Shown in pieces: positions 41,455-53,819 of a DNA stretch of 64,000 nt; within the stretch, counting starts at the first letter, position 1; every line of letters starts with the position of its first letter. The notes under the pieces were generated by a model. That model was given only the letters and a program-made list of their open reading frames with translations, did no database searches and was not told where the DNA came from. Position numbers and translations under genes: made by a program. This DNA comes from Eledone cirrhosa (Eukaryota), in NCBI GenBank assembly GCA_964016885.1, contig OZ024742.1:32736001-32800000 (forward strand). The letters are read 5' to 3'.

Positions 41455-42761
41455 TATATATCATCATCATCATCAACGTTTAACGTCCGTGTTCCACGCT
41501 TGCATGGGTTTGGACGGGGGTAGTCCCACTTGAGGCAAGAGTGATTGTCTTGCTCGCATAGGACTGTCTGGCAGGTTTTCTACAGTTGGATGCCCTTCCT
41601 AACACCAACCACATTTACAGTGTGGGTCTGGGAGGTTTTTACCGTGTTGCCTACACGGCCACATTACAGCGTGGACTGTGTGTTTTTTTGTCGTGACACC
41701 TACACGATCTCATTTGTTTCGGCCTCGATGGCGCGGCACCAACATAACTTTACATAGAACGGGGTGGTGTGGATGGGGTGGGGGTGGGGGTGGTGGGACG
41801 GGGTGTATTTTGTTAGAGATGCCTACTGGCTGGAGTAGGTTTTACTATATATTTAGGTAAGGCGGGTCTTCTCTGTTACTGAGTACCGCCAAAGGTCTCG
41901 GTCCAGTGACATTGTCTTGGAGAGGTGTAAGTGTGTGATGTCGGAGTTTATCAGCTCGTCCCAGGTTTTTCTAGGTCTGCCTATTCCGTGACTACCGTCT
42001 ATCTTTATTGCCCTGCACTTTGTTATACAGCTATCGACTTTCATGCGCATCACGTGTCCATACCAACGTAGCCTTCTCTCGAGTAAACAACATCTGATCC
42101 CTCTTATCTCTAATTTTTTCCTTAGTTCGTTTATGCTTTGCCGTTCACGTATATTACTGTTACACATCCAGCGGAGCATGCAAGCTTCGTTCCTCTCTAG
42201 TCTGCGTATATCCTCTGCACACAATGCCCAGGTCTCACTGCCATGCAGCATTGTTGTTCGTATGCAGGCATCGTACAACCTGCCTTTCATTTTTAGTGAG
42301 AACCCTTTAGCAGCTAATAGTGGTATAAGCTCTCTGAACTTTTTCCAACCAGTTCTGACTCTAGCTACAGTACTTTCAGAGCACCCTCCCCCACTGCTGA
42401 TTTTATCGCCCAGGTAACGGAAGCTGTCCACTATTTCTATAGAACCCTCTGCGCAATTGAAAGAGCTAGTAGTTTGTGGGCACTTGCTGCTACTTATTGC
42501 ACCAGAGCACCGGCCACATGTAAAATCTATGTTCTTAGTTAGCTTACCTGTGATCCCACTACATCTTTTATGCACCCATACTTTGCATTTAGGACATAAA
42601 ATGGAGTTTCTACCTACGCCTTTCCTACACACCGAGCACGACCATTTCCCAGAAGGGACCGCCGCCTTGTTTTCTTTCCTACAAACTAGTACTTTGGTCT
42701 TAGCCAGGTTAATTTTAAGTCCTTTTGACTCTAGGCCGTGCTTCCATGTTTGGAATTTCTT
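41455..42761 (-). mobile_element. Inverted near-identical copy of the LINE's 3' 1.3 kb (40134-41440)
   Basis: Reverse complement matches with only a few substitutions (e.g. GHL vs GHV). Confidence 0.95.
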
Positions 42762-42798
42762 GTTTATATATATATGTATATATATATATATATATACA

Positions 42799-42915
42799 TC
42801 TGTTTAATTACATTGAGCTATACCGTTACTGTCATTTCTATAATACGAAGAGGGTGTTTAACTCCAACACACTCTAGTATTTTAATTCTTCTTATATATA
42901 TATATATACAAACAC

Positions 42916-42946
<31 letters not shown>

Positions 42947-42967
42947 TATATATATATATACACACAC

Positions 42968-42998
<31 letters not shown>

Positions 42999-43074
42999 TA
43001 CATATGTGCATATATATATGTGTGTATATATATATGTGCATATATATGTGTGTATATATATATATGTGCATATA

Positions 43075-43125
<51 letters not shown>

Positions 43126-43136
43126 ATATATATATA

Positions 43137-43179
<43 letters not shown>

Positions 43180-43292
43180 TTGTATATATATATATATAAG
43201 AAGAATTAAAATACTAGAGTGTGTTGGAGTTAAACACCCTCTTCGTATTATAGAAATGACAGTAACGGTATAGCTCAATGTAATTAAACAGA
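42799..43292. repeat. Inverted repeat: ~95-bp unique arms plus mirrored TA/CA microsatellite
   Basis: 42799-42893 is the reverse complement of 43198-43292. Confidence 0.92.
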
Positions 43293-44910
43293 GCCGAAGA
43301 ATTATGAAAATAAACCATTTTATTTGGATTCTTCCTTGGATAATTAACCCCCCCCCCCCACACACACACACACACTTGTCATTCGCCCCTTCAAATATAC
43401 TATAATTATATTCAATTCCCTTTTATGCTCCTTTCTATTGTATAATACAGTATATTGATTATGATTTTATGCTCCTTCGTATCCTCCATACATTTCTTTT
43501 TTCTGTCCCCATTGGCCTACCATAATTCTACTTAAAGTCCGTTTATTAGATAACGTTATTCAACTGATAGTAGAATATTTCATTCTTTTCCAGATATTTT
43601 TATAGGGATATCTTAAAATTTGGAGTTTTTGATTACTTAAACCATACCTAATTTTGTATTGACTTATTATGTATTTTAAATACTTTCAATATTAATTAAT
43701 TTAATAGGGTTTTCTAGTCATTTATCTGGGTTTGTTTCCTAAATTTTTTACTTAACTGCATGTGACACCTAAGTAAATACTTTTGTTTTTGTTTTTCGAT
43801 TTCCGGTTGATTTTATTTATATATTTATACTATCGTGCGTAGTTTTCTGTCTGGTTCTTATTCACTTATTCACAAATGTCTGTCCACCAACCACGTAATT
43901 ATGTATATTATACTATGTTCAATATTTTATATTGAAATTTTTATATCATTCCACTCTTTGTAAATGTACTACTGATCTTTATTATTTACCGATTCTTAAA
44001 TGTACCATTATGTTATGTTAAATTTTGTATATTCTGTAATATGTTTATAATTTTTGTAATGTTTGGATAATATTTATTTACACCAATTGTAGAGAAATGT
44101 GACCTCCATCTGTTTTCTTGCAATGGTTTTGATATTTTTCCAACATAATTTTTCCAACATAATTTAGTTCTGTACAATATTTTTTCTCACCCGGTCTGTA
44201 ACTCTATATGATTTGTTAAGTTATATGCCATTATATTATAATATTGTTATTATAGTGTTATTGTAACATTTATATTGTTTGTGCAAATTAACCGGAGATT
44301 ATCTATTATATAATTATATAGTTTATTATATATTATATGTTTACTTTTAATCATTTCTTCTTCATTTTATACTGTAAATAATATATGTATTATATTTTTA
44401 TTTTTATTTTTATTCTTATTATTCTTATTATTCTTATTTAAACTCTTAATAAGGGTTAGTTCGTGCTTGTATTGACGGAAATGTGTATTGATATATATGT
44501 ATATATGTGTACATATGTATATATATATATATATATATGTATATTGGGCCTATTATTATTTTATCAATTGTATTATTTTATATTATATTATATTATATTA
44601 TATATAGTACAATAATTCCCGCTCTATATCACCACCTTTGTTTAGCGTTAGTCTTTGCATTGGACTATATTTGTAATATGGTTCAAAATGTTATTCACTT
44701 CCTTAGCAATTTTTACTTGATAATTTTTACCCGATAATTTTCCTATGCTTTAATGTATGTACACTCCATATTCTTCTGAGTTTTTGGCTTGTATTGGCCG
44801 ATAGTGCTTCTTATAGCTTTAATTGCCCTGATGAGTCCTTACTAGGACGAAACATTGTTGGCTAATAAAGACTTTTGATGTATTGAAGGCTTCTTTGGTT
44901 TATTTTCATA
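43199..44910 (-). mobile_element. Decayed Penelope-like element (GIY-YIG remnant)
   Basis: Minus strand reads KNYVGKISKPLQENRWRSHF near 44095-44155. Terminal hammerhead followed by AATAAA. Flanked by (TA)n. Confidence 0.55.
44825..44862 (+). ncRNA. Minimal type I hammerhead ribozyme
   Basis: gcc CTGATGA GTCCT tact AGGAC GAAA cattg TT ggc, then aataaa. Confidence 0.75.
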
Positions 44911-44943
44911 AATATATATATATATATATGTGCATATATATGT

Positions 44944-44990
<47 letters not shown>

Positions 44991-45328
44991 TATATAAATA
45001 CACACAATGACAAAAGAAAAATTCATAACAATAGATTAAGAAAAAGTAGAAATTGGGAAGAATTTGATTATAATATTCATAAAAACAGTTACAGATGTGA
45101 AGAGGAAATATATGGAGTTTAGTGTCTGCTTACCACATTTGTCTTTTTTTCCTGGGAGCAGAAAATATACAAGTAATTAATCAACTAATACAGACATACA
45201 TGCACATATACACATATGCATGTGTATATTTGTTATCATTGCATTTTGTTTTTAATTCAGAGCCTCCTGGAAATTATATGAACACTTTCTGTATAGTTTT
45301 CATGTCAACTTGAGTGAAAAAGACTCAC

Positions 45329-45332
45329 CGTT
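45329..45332 (-). CDS. PHKA: Candidate 4-nt micro-exon AACG of PHKA
   Basis: cag|AACG|gtgagt. Upstream 135 nt contain no AG and include a CTTAAT branch-like motif. Frame is restored by the 44-nt exon at 23214-23257. Confidence 0.4.
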
Positions 45333-46869
45333 CTGTATTGTATTTCATTGTTTTGTGGTGCCACAAAATAATAGACAAGATGGAGTAGCAGATTAAGACC
45401 AGAAAGAAGAGGAGTCACAAAATAAAACAGAAAGGGATTGAGGAGGTCACAGAATGTGTGACAAAAGAACTTTGATGAACTAATGAATAACTAGTAATAA
45501 AGATAAAGTGAAAATCATATGCATGTGTTTCATTTTATTGGTGATACTGGCAACACAACCATCCCCAAATATAACAGTATCGGTTTCAGCACACAATTTC
45601 ACGTAAAAAATCCTGCAAAAGAAATACATAATCGTATATATATATATACATGTATATATATTTGCACCTCTCAAAGGACCAAAATCTCTGGCATTACGCA
45701 GTACTGCAGAAGACTTGCTTTCCCATGCACATGGAATAAGGCAACATCTAGTGGTCTCTAGTATGCACCATTTCTCCCCCACCTCCCCATTTCATCCAGT
45801 ACTACAGAAGACCCACCTTCCCATGTGCATGGGATGACACATCTAATGGTCTTTAATATGCACCACTTCTTCCCCACCTTCCATACACCTGACACTCCAC
45901 CCTTCACCAGCTAAGTACTCCAATATGGTATCTATTTATGTAATAGACACAGTTGCTTCTTATTGAGTATTGAGTATCATTCCAACATTTAAATGGACTT
46001 CCATCAGTTTCAACCATGAGTGTTTCAGTTGTTTGATCAATGGAATGACCTACTCAGTTGTTTGATCAATGGAATGACCTATTCTTTCATCATCATCATT
46101 ACTGTCATTTAAAGTTTAATCTTCCATGTTAGTATAAGTTGAACAAGTTATCACAGACCCAGTCAACATCTTGCTTAAATACGTTCCTACACTTGTTAGA
46201 GTCTACATTAATATGAAAGTGGTTGAGTATTCTAAAGACATGTGTATCTTCAACATAATTCTCAGGGAGATTCAGTATGACATATTGTATGACAAAGTTG
46301 ACCTTTTGAATTACAACTTCAGTCCATCCACTTGTTTTCCAAACAGTCTCCATCTACCCAATTTCATTCACAAAGCTTTGGGCAGCCTGAGACTATGGTA
46401 AAAGACATTTGTCCAGTATACTATGCAGTGAACCCAAACCCAGAACCTTATGACTATAAGACAAATGTCTTTAACCAGTCAGCCATGTCAATACATACAA
46501 TGCTAAGTAATGTCATATCATCATATCATTTCACACTTGCTATTCCTCTATATTATAGAGTGTATAGCTAAGCTACCATCATCTGAGCTATAAGATGTAT
46601 GGTTTCAAGGATATTGTCTAAGAGTATCAACAGTATAGAGCTTCAAATAAAAAAAAAATTCCAAGAGGTTACTTGACCTGCTAGAAACAGCAGCCTAAAC
46701 TACACTCTACTGACTTGAATACAAAAGTTCTGCATATGTAATTTTTTAAACAAGGATGGGTGTGGTCATGGCTGGAACACTTTTGATCATAGTTCTGCTC
46801 AGTCAGTGCTGTCTCAAGGATTATAACAACAATAAAAACAAAACATTTTTAAAAGAAATATTTACTCAC

Positions 46870-46968
46870 CTGCACTGATTACAAATTCCTTGCCACTGAG
46901 AATATGGTGAAGAAGGGTCTTCATTTCAAATGGACTTAAATTCAACAGATGATCAGAAGCTTCTTCTC
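46870..46968 (-). CDS. PHKA: PHKA exon: [33 protein letters not shown]
   Basis: 99 nt, tag/gtgagt, phase 1->1. [17 protein letters not shown] motif. Confidence 0.95.
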
Positions 46969-49050
46969 CTACAACACAAACATATTATCCAGGTTAACAG
47001 GGACTTTTATTCATTAATGGTTGATAAAATATCTGTTAACAGGGAAAATAGATGTTAGATGATAATGAGTTGTAGAATAATCATGATAGCAATTTATAAA
47101 ACATACATATATAGTTATCTTGGCTTTTGTTTTATTTCTTGTATAACAACATAAATAAAAGCAGTTAAAGTTTGTCCCAAGCCCAGAGGCTCATCAGACT
47201 GGAGCTTATTTCGGTTTCCCTGGTGTTAAGAGAATTAGAGTACAAGACTTTTCTCTGGACAGGACACCCCCAGTTGCTGAAGGTAAACATTTTATTTCAG
47301 CTGAATGGACTGGAGTAACATGAAGTGAAGTGTCTTGCTTAAGAACAAAATGTGCCCTCTGGTCAAGGAATCAATATTATGACTGAGTGGAACACTCTAA
47401 TCACTAGGCTATATGCCCTCACTATAACAAGATATACTGATAGTATTTTAACAACAACATATAATTATTTTGAATAATAGCATTTCAAGCAAATGAAAGA
47501 TGCTTCACATGGTCACTTGAACCTTTAGAAATAGCAGCCAAATCTTCCTTATATCATATACCATTATTTTGGAAAATGAAAAGATAGTTAGGACTCTTCA
47601 GCTATGCCATAGACATGATAATCCCCCTCGTGTTAGTGATCCTCATAATAAATGATCACCTAGTACACCTCTATAAAATGGTTGGCGATAGAAAGGGCAT
47701 TCAGTCATAGGAAACCTGCCAAACAAGGGATCAGGAAGACTCTTCAGTTATGCCAAAGATATAACTGCTCTAGTGCTGCTCACAGTAAAGCATGGGATTG
47801 TATGTCGAATCTCTGGCCCACCTGGATGCCAGAGGCTCTGTTTGAGTATTGGCTGATCTGTGATGACATTTCTAACACTTACTAGCAAAGAAAACAGACA
47901 TTAAATGATGATGATGATAACTGATAATACATATCTATAAAAAGATGAAACACCTTTGATCATAATTCAGTTTGACATGCATTCACCTAGAGCTAATCAA
48001 CAGCAAATCTTCCCAGAATCTTTAACTTCAATAAGTTTCTGGAGCCAAGACTTAAATAACTACAAAATATTTTTGTTGGAAGATGATATAATCAGAAGGG
48101 ACATATCCCGGATGTGTTTGACCTGCACAGATCTCACTGTAACATCAAAAGGAGGAATGTTGGGGAGGAGCCTGGCAGCAAGGGTAATCAATTCTGACTC
48201 CAATCAGTAAATAATAATATCTAATATTGCCAACAAGGACCCACATTTTATAGTTAATAATACATGGCCTTCCAACACTTGACTCAGAAGGGTTAAAGAC
48301 AAAGTGAGATTAGAATTCAGAATATAAAGAGGTGTAACTAAATACCACAAGGCATTTTATCTCCTGTTCTAACAATTCTGTCATCCACCACTTTTCAATC
48401 AGTAAATAATTATTTCTACGTTTGGCACAAGGTCAGCAATTTGAAGGGGAGGGTGAAAGTCGATTAAATTGATCCTAGTGCATTACTGATACTTTATTTT
48501 ATCAAACTCGTAAAGATGAAAGGCAAAGCTAACTATATGCCACAAAGCATGTTGTTGGTCGCTCTACTGAAACTCCACCACCCTTCAATTACTAAATAAT
48601 GGTTTCTGATTTAGGCACAAGGCCAACAATTTTGGAGGGGAAAGGTGATTAAATCAACCCCAGTGCATTACGGGTACTTTATTTTCTTGACCCCGTTAGG
48701 ACGAAAGGCAAAACTAACCTCGGTGGAATTTGAACTCAGAACATAAAGGGATATAATTATATGCCATGAAGCATGGTGTCTGACGCTCTACTGATACTGC
48801 CAATCCACCACCCTTTAATTAGTAAATAATGAGAATTTTAATCCAGTCATTTTTGATCCACTGCTCAATGAAGCTTCAGCAACTATGCTAGTTTTAGGTT
48901 TACCTATCCATGTTGGCCTAATGTGGGGTGGATGGAGTGCTCCCATGTACAGGGTATTAGTCTTAGCCATCAGAAACTCAGAATTATATGATATATCAAA
49001 TAAAATTAAAAATATAAACAGATATACCAGAAAAAATTTTTGAAACAAAC

Positions 49051-49180
49051 CTGTGCATTTAAGAGTTCTGGCCAATTCTGAGGCCATCACCTGGATGATA
49101 AGCCCCACACGGAGACGTAACATTTCTTTAAAAAGCTGCGGCTCAGTGCGAATAAACATGGCCAAATACATTAACAATTC
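49051..49180 (-). CDS. PHKA: PHKA exon: [43 protein letters not shown]
   Basis: 130 nt, tag/gt, phase 0->1. Highly conserved PHKA motif [17 protein letters not shown]. Confidence 0.95.
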
Positions 49181-49812
49181 CTAGAGGAGACAAAAGAAAA
49201 GAATATAAATTTTTCTAACTGTTAATTTTATCTTCAGAGATGAAACGTTTTTAATATTTACATCTATATTATGTTTTAATCAATTTCATTTCTAATCACC
49301 ATCAGGTATTGTATTCCTGGATATGTACATAGTACATATATATTATGATATTTAATCTCTTTGAACCCTAGCCCGAAACCAAATCCTAACCAATTTGTCT
49401 TAAACTTCTGTTCTAGGATTTGAAAATGTTTGTATTAAAAACTAAATCCCTCAATCATAATTTTATGTTAGAATATTTTTTTAAAGTTATGTCCCAGACA
49501 TGAAATTAATACTGAAAAAAGTTAGTAATTTTATTAAATATTTCCATATTCTTTATTATTTTCAAAATTAAAACAAACATTATATTTCTTTAGGAAATAT
49601 GATCAAGGAAAATTTAATGTAAGGAGTATAATAAAAAAACAAAAAAAACAACTAGAAATAAATATGCATTGAAGAAAAAATATTAGCCAATGACATTTTT
49701 TTTCATTCTTATAGCAATAAATAATTCTAACAATAATTCATTCCTTATATTAATTAAAATATCTCACTAAAAGAAAAAAAAAATGAAACAAATAAAAAAA
49801 AAAGAAACTGAC

Positions 49813-49891
49813 CTGTGTTAATGCAGCAGTACTCAGATCTTCTCCACAGGATTCATATATCATTTCAGAAAGTTCATCTGGTGGCAGGGGA
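49813..49891 (-). CDS. PHKA: PHKA exon: SPLPPDELSEMIYESCGEDLSTAALTQ
   Basis: 79 nt, cag/gtcagt, phase 2->0. Confidence 0.93.
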
Positions 49892-50065
49892 CTGAAACAT
49901 AAATATAATAAAAACTGTAAAAATAATGGACAAGACAAACCATATAAGTAAGGGTAGGCCTAATGTCTATTGATGACAAAAATAACAATAATGCAGATGA
50001 TGACAATAATTATACAATGATGGTGATAATGATTATACAATGAATATGGTGATAGTCAGACATAC

Positions 50066-50142
50066 CTAGTGATGATCTTCTCTCGGTCAGGAGGAAGACC
50101 TACAGACAACTGCTTCTGACGTACTAAAAGATCTGTAGCAGC
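50066..50142 (-). CDS. PHKA: PHKA exon: AATDLLVRQKQLSVGLPPDREKIIT
   Basis: 77 nt, tag/gtatgt, phase 0->2. Conserved TDLL..QKQL.VGLPP..EK.I motif. Confidence 0.93.
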
Positions 50143-50841
50143 CTACAAACAGAATATGTGATACATATGACATCAAAATATTAAGAAATACTCCTTCAAG
50201 ACAAAGAGGATAAAAAGACAGAAAAATATGAAAACCACTTAATATTTCATTAAATTTTTCTTTTTTCTTACAACTGATTATTTTATTTTTACTGTTTAGT
50301 CAGAGGGAAGGGCAGTAGTCACAACTACTATTTTCCAAAACTTCTGGAATTGGTGGGAGGAGAAGAGGAAGTTATCCGCAAACCAATGTCATGGTCTGGA
50401 TGTTTGCGATAAAGTTAACTCTGCTACAGACACCCAAAGACAAGGTGGTGGTGTTAAACCAGGTGACGGTTTAAGTCTACCATGCAAAGAGCTAGAACAA
50501 ATAGTGAAAGACATTTTTTCTGACACTCTAGTAATTCTACTAATCTACCACCCTGCCCCCTGGATAAGTACTTTAAGTGAAATTAATTGTTATTCAAACC
50601 CTGATTAGGCACAACTATAGTAAAAGACTTTTGAGCCATGGCCATTCTGCCATTTTAAATATCTAGGATTACATCCAACATTCTAGTTTTTAAATTCACT
50701 TTTGCATGCTAGCATGAGTTGGATGATTTTTGAGGCAGTGTGTTACAAGTGGGTAACTTCCCCGATGCCAACCGTTTTAGTCACCTCTTATAATGTGTAG
50801 GAATACAGTCTATTTATTCTAAAAGCTGGGACACACACATT

Positions 50842-52250
50842 CATCATCACCATTTTACGTCCGTTCTTCCACGCTAGCATGGGTTAGACGGGTTGTCCTG
50901 TTGTGGGCAGTGTCCGGTTGGCTGATCTTGTCTTGCTCATACAGGAATTGATTCTGGCTTGATTTCTACAGCTGGATGCCCTTCCTAACACCAACCTCAT
51001 TTACAGTGAGTGCTGGGTGCTTTTTTACCGTGGCGCCTACACATCCACTTTACAGTGTGGGCTGGGTGCTTTTTTGCTGTAACACCTCCATGACCACTTT
51101 GCAGTGGGAGGGGGTGGGGGCATATTGTCTATATGCTTTAGCTTTGGCTTGTTCCCGTGGGAAGTCGGGTCTTCTGTATTACTGCGTGATGCCAGAGGTC
51201 ACGGTCGTGTGTCATCGCTCTTGATTGGTGCAATTGGGTAAGATCAGCTTTTATCACCTCATCCCAGGTCTTCTTGGGTCTCCCCACTCCACTGCTTCCA
51301 TTGACTTCTAGTGCTCTGCACCTTTTTATGCAGCTGCTATCCTTCATACGTATCACATGTCCATATCAGCGCAACCTCCTCTCCTGCACACAGCATTTGA
51401 TTCCTCTTATGCTCAGTCTCTCTCTCAGTTTGTTTATGCTTTGCCATTCGCGTATATTACTATTACACATCCATCGGTGCTTGCAAGCTTTGTTTCTTTC
51501 TAATCTGCGCAAATCTTCTACAGACAGTGCCCAGGTCTCACTACCATGTAACATTGCTGTTCGTGTACACGCATCATACAGTCTGCCTGTCATTTTGAGG
51601 GAAAAGCCTTTTGCAGCTAGCAGTGGCAGTAGCTCCCTGAACTTCTTCCATTCCGTTCTTACCCTAGTTATTGTACTTTCCGAACAGCCACCTCTGCTGT
51701 TAATTTGGTCACCTAGTTAGCAGAAGCTGTTTACTGTTTCTAGAGCCCTCCCAGAGTTTGGTGGTGCTTGTTTCCTGTTGCCGTTTGCTGTCCCAGTACA
51801 GCTGGTACATATGAAGCTTACATTCTTAGTTAAGCTTCCTGAGATCCCACTACATCTCTTGTGTACCCATTGTTTGCATTTGGGGCAGAGGATGGAGTTC
51901 CTACCTTCACCTTTCCTACATACTGAGCAAGGCCATTTCCTTAAAGGGATCTGGGTTCTGTTTTCTCGTCTACTTATAAGGACCTTAGTCTTTGTCAGGT
52001 TGACTTTGAGACCCTTTCTTTCTAGTCCTTGCTTCCATGTTTGGAATTTCTTCTTTAGTTCCACCATCGATTCAGCTATAAGTGCGAGATCATCTGCATA
52101 TAGGAGTTCCCATGGGCATGCGGTCTTAAACTCCTCCGTTATTGCCTGCAGGACTATGATGAACAGGAGAGGGCTAAGAACAGAGCCCTGGTGGTCACCG
52201 ACCTGTATGCTAAATTTCTTGCTATAGTCATTGCTAACCCTAACTTGTTC
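50842..52250 (-). mobile_element. 5'-truncated decayed RTE LINE
   Basis: QGSVLSP/YADD ORF at 51717-52316, with in-frame stops and the shared 3'UTR. Confidence 0.92.
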
Positions 52251-52546
52251 CTTTATAGATATTTTGTTAAGAGATCTTTCATTTCTTCTTTTTTTTTTTT
52301 TATTGGTTTCAGCCATCAGATTTACAATCAGACTGAGACACTGCTTGTAAACGTTATAGTCAATCTCAGCACTATACTGGTGCTTAATTTATCAATCTCA
52401 TAATGAACAAGAACCAAAGTTGACTGGGCATAATGCGAGGCAAAATAGAACTTGATATTTTTTATCAAAACACTACTTATGTTAGCTCTTGATACCCCCT
52501 GCTCCCATATATATATATATAGGTATATTGCAAGATGAATAATTAC

Positions 52547-52624
52547 CAGAGCAAGATCTTCAATCCTCTTCTTCAACATTCCAGCAGTATGTCTCACCAA
52601 CCACCACTGCTTCCAGTAACCAGC
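52547..52624 (-). CDS. PHKA: PHKA exon: AGYWKQWWLVRHTAGMLKKRIEDLAL
   Basis: 78 nt, tag/gtaatt, phase 0->0. Conserved W.LVR..AG.L.K..E.L motif. Confidence 0.92.
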
Positions 52625-52958
52625 CTAAAACAGATAAAAAGTAAACATTACATTAATCAGTTGTTAAACACAAACCAAGTATGATGGGCCAGACAGGGTA
52701 TTTTCCATTGAAGCTGACAAAGAGTAATCTTATAAATTAAAACAAGATTATTATTATAACTATTATTTTTTAAAGGTTTTCACATGGATATTTACATTAA
52801 AAAGAGATATACTACATGAATAAACACACACACACATGTGACAGGCTACTGTGTCACTTCTGTCTATAAGACATTCAGTCATAGGAAACCAGCCAAACAA
52901 AGGGTTAGGAAGATTCTTCAGTAATGCTAAAGACATAATAATTTCTCTAGAGTTGCAC

Positions 52959-53558
52959 ATTTAGCAATAATTCTTTTGCTGTATAAGGTATTAAAGAAAA
53001 TAGAGATGTAAGGCTGCGTGTTTATGTTTAGTCCTGGTGGAAAGATCAGGTCAGAAGGCATAGTTAAATATAATAAAGATTTATTTTTGCTTGAAGTGAA
53101 CGCATGTACAAGGGGTGTGAAGTGATACAGAGATTTCGTGTAACAAAGCTGACATGTAATGGCAAATCAAATCTCTTAAAGGCAAGTACTTTGGAACCAA
53201 GTTGTCGGTTACAGTAAATCTCCTTAAGGCCGTACAATGAAACTACTCTCATATGTTAGAGGGCAAAATCGCAGGAGTAGGGAAGACATTGCGAGCTGTT
53301 GGTGTCGACAAAATGCTAAGAGCAACTACTAGGTAGTTTTTAAAGATGGTGCCTTGACTGGGAAAGCCATTTGTGAGCAGCTGGTGTCGACGAAAGGCCA
53401 AGCGCAACTGCTAGCTAGAACTGAAAAAAGGCGTGAAGCAATTGTTGGGCAGAAGTCATCTTTTGTATTCATACGCCACCAACCCTAAGGGCTGGCGAGT
53501 GACAAAGCACGACCAAATTATTCTGCAGTGATAAAATAGTGTTATTGTTTGCTGCACA
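52959..53558. mobile_element. ~600-bp unclassified insertion splitting an older repeat
   Basis: Flanks 52872-52958 and 53559-53620 join to match the uninterrupted copy at 47698-47840. Internal duplicated ggtgtcgac unit. Confidence 0.55.
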
Positions 53559-53743
53559 CACAGTAAAGCATGGGATTGTATGTCAGGTCCCTAGCCCACT
53601 TAGATGTCAGAGGCTCCAAGTACTGGTTGGTCTGTGACCAGTACTCCAACAGAACCTCCATGACTATAGCGGAAGACATTTGCTCAAGTGTCAGATGCTG
53701 GGTTATAATTATCTGAAATTTAAAAGAAACATAGATTACTTAC

Positions 53744-53819
53744 TTTTTCATAAAGTTCTCGAAGCAGATCTTTCACTGAACATTGACTCTCTCCAATAGT
53801 TACCTTAAAGTTAATCCCT
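53744..53819 (-). CDS. PHKA: PHKA exon: GINFKVTIGESQCSVKDLLRELYEK
   Basis: 76 nt, cag/gtaagt, phase 2->0. Resembles PHKA 'TVRELLTELYGK'. Confidence 0.9.
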
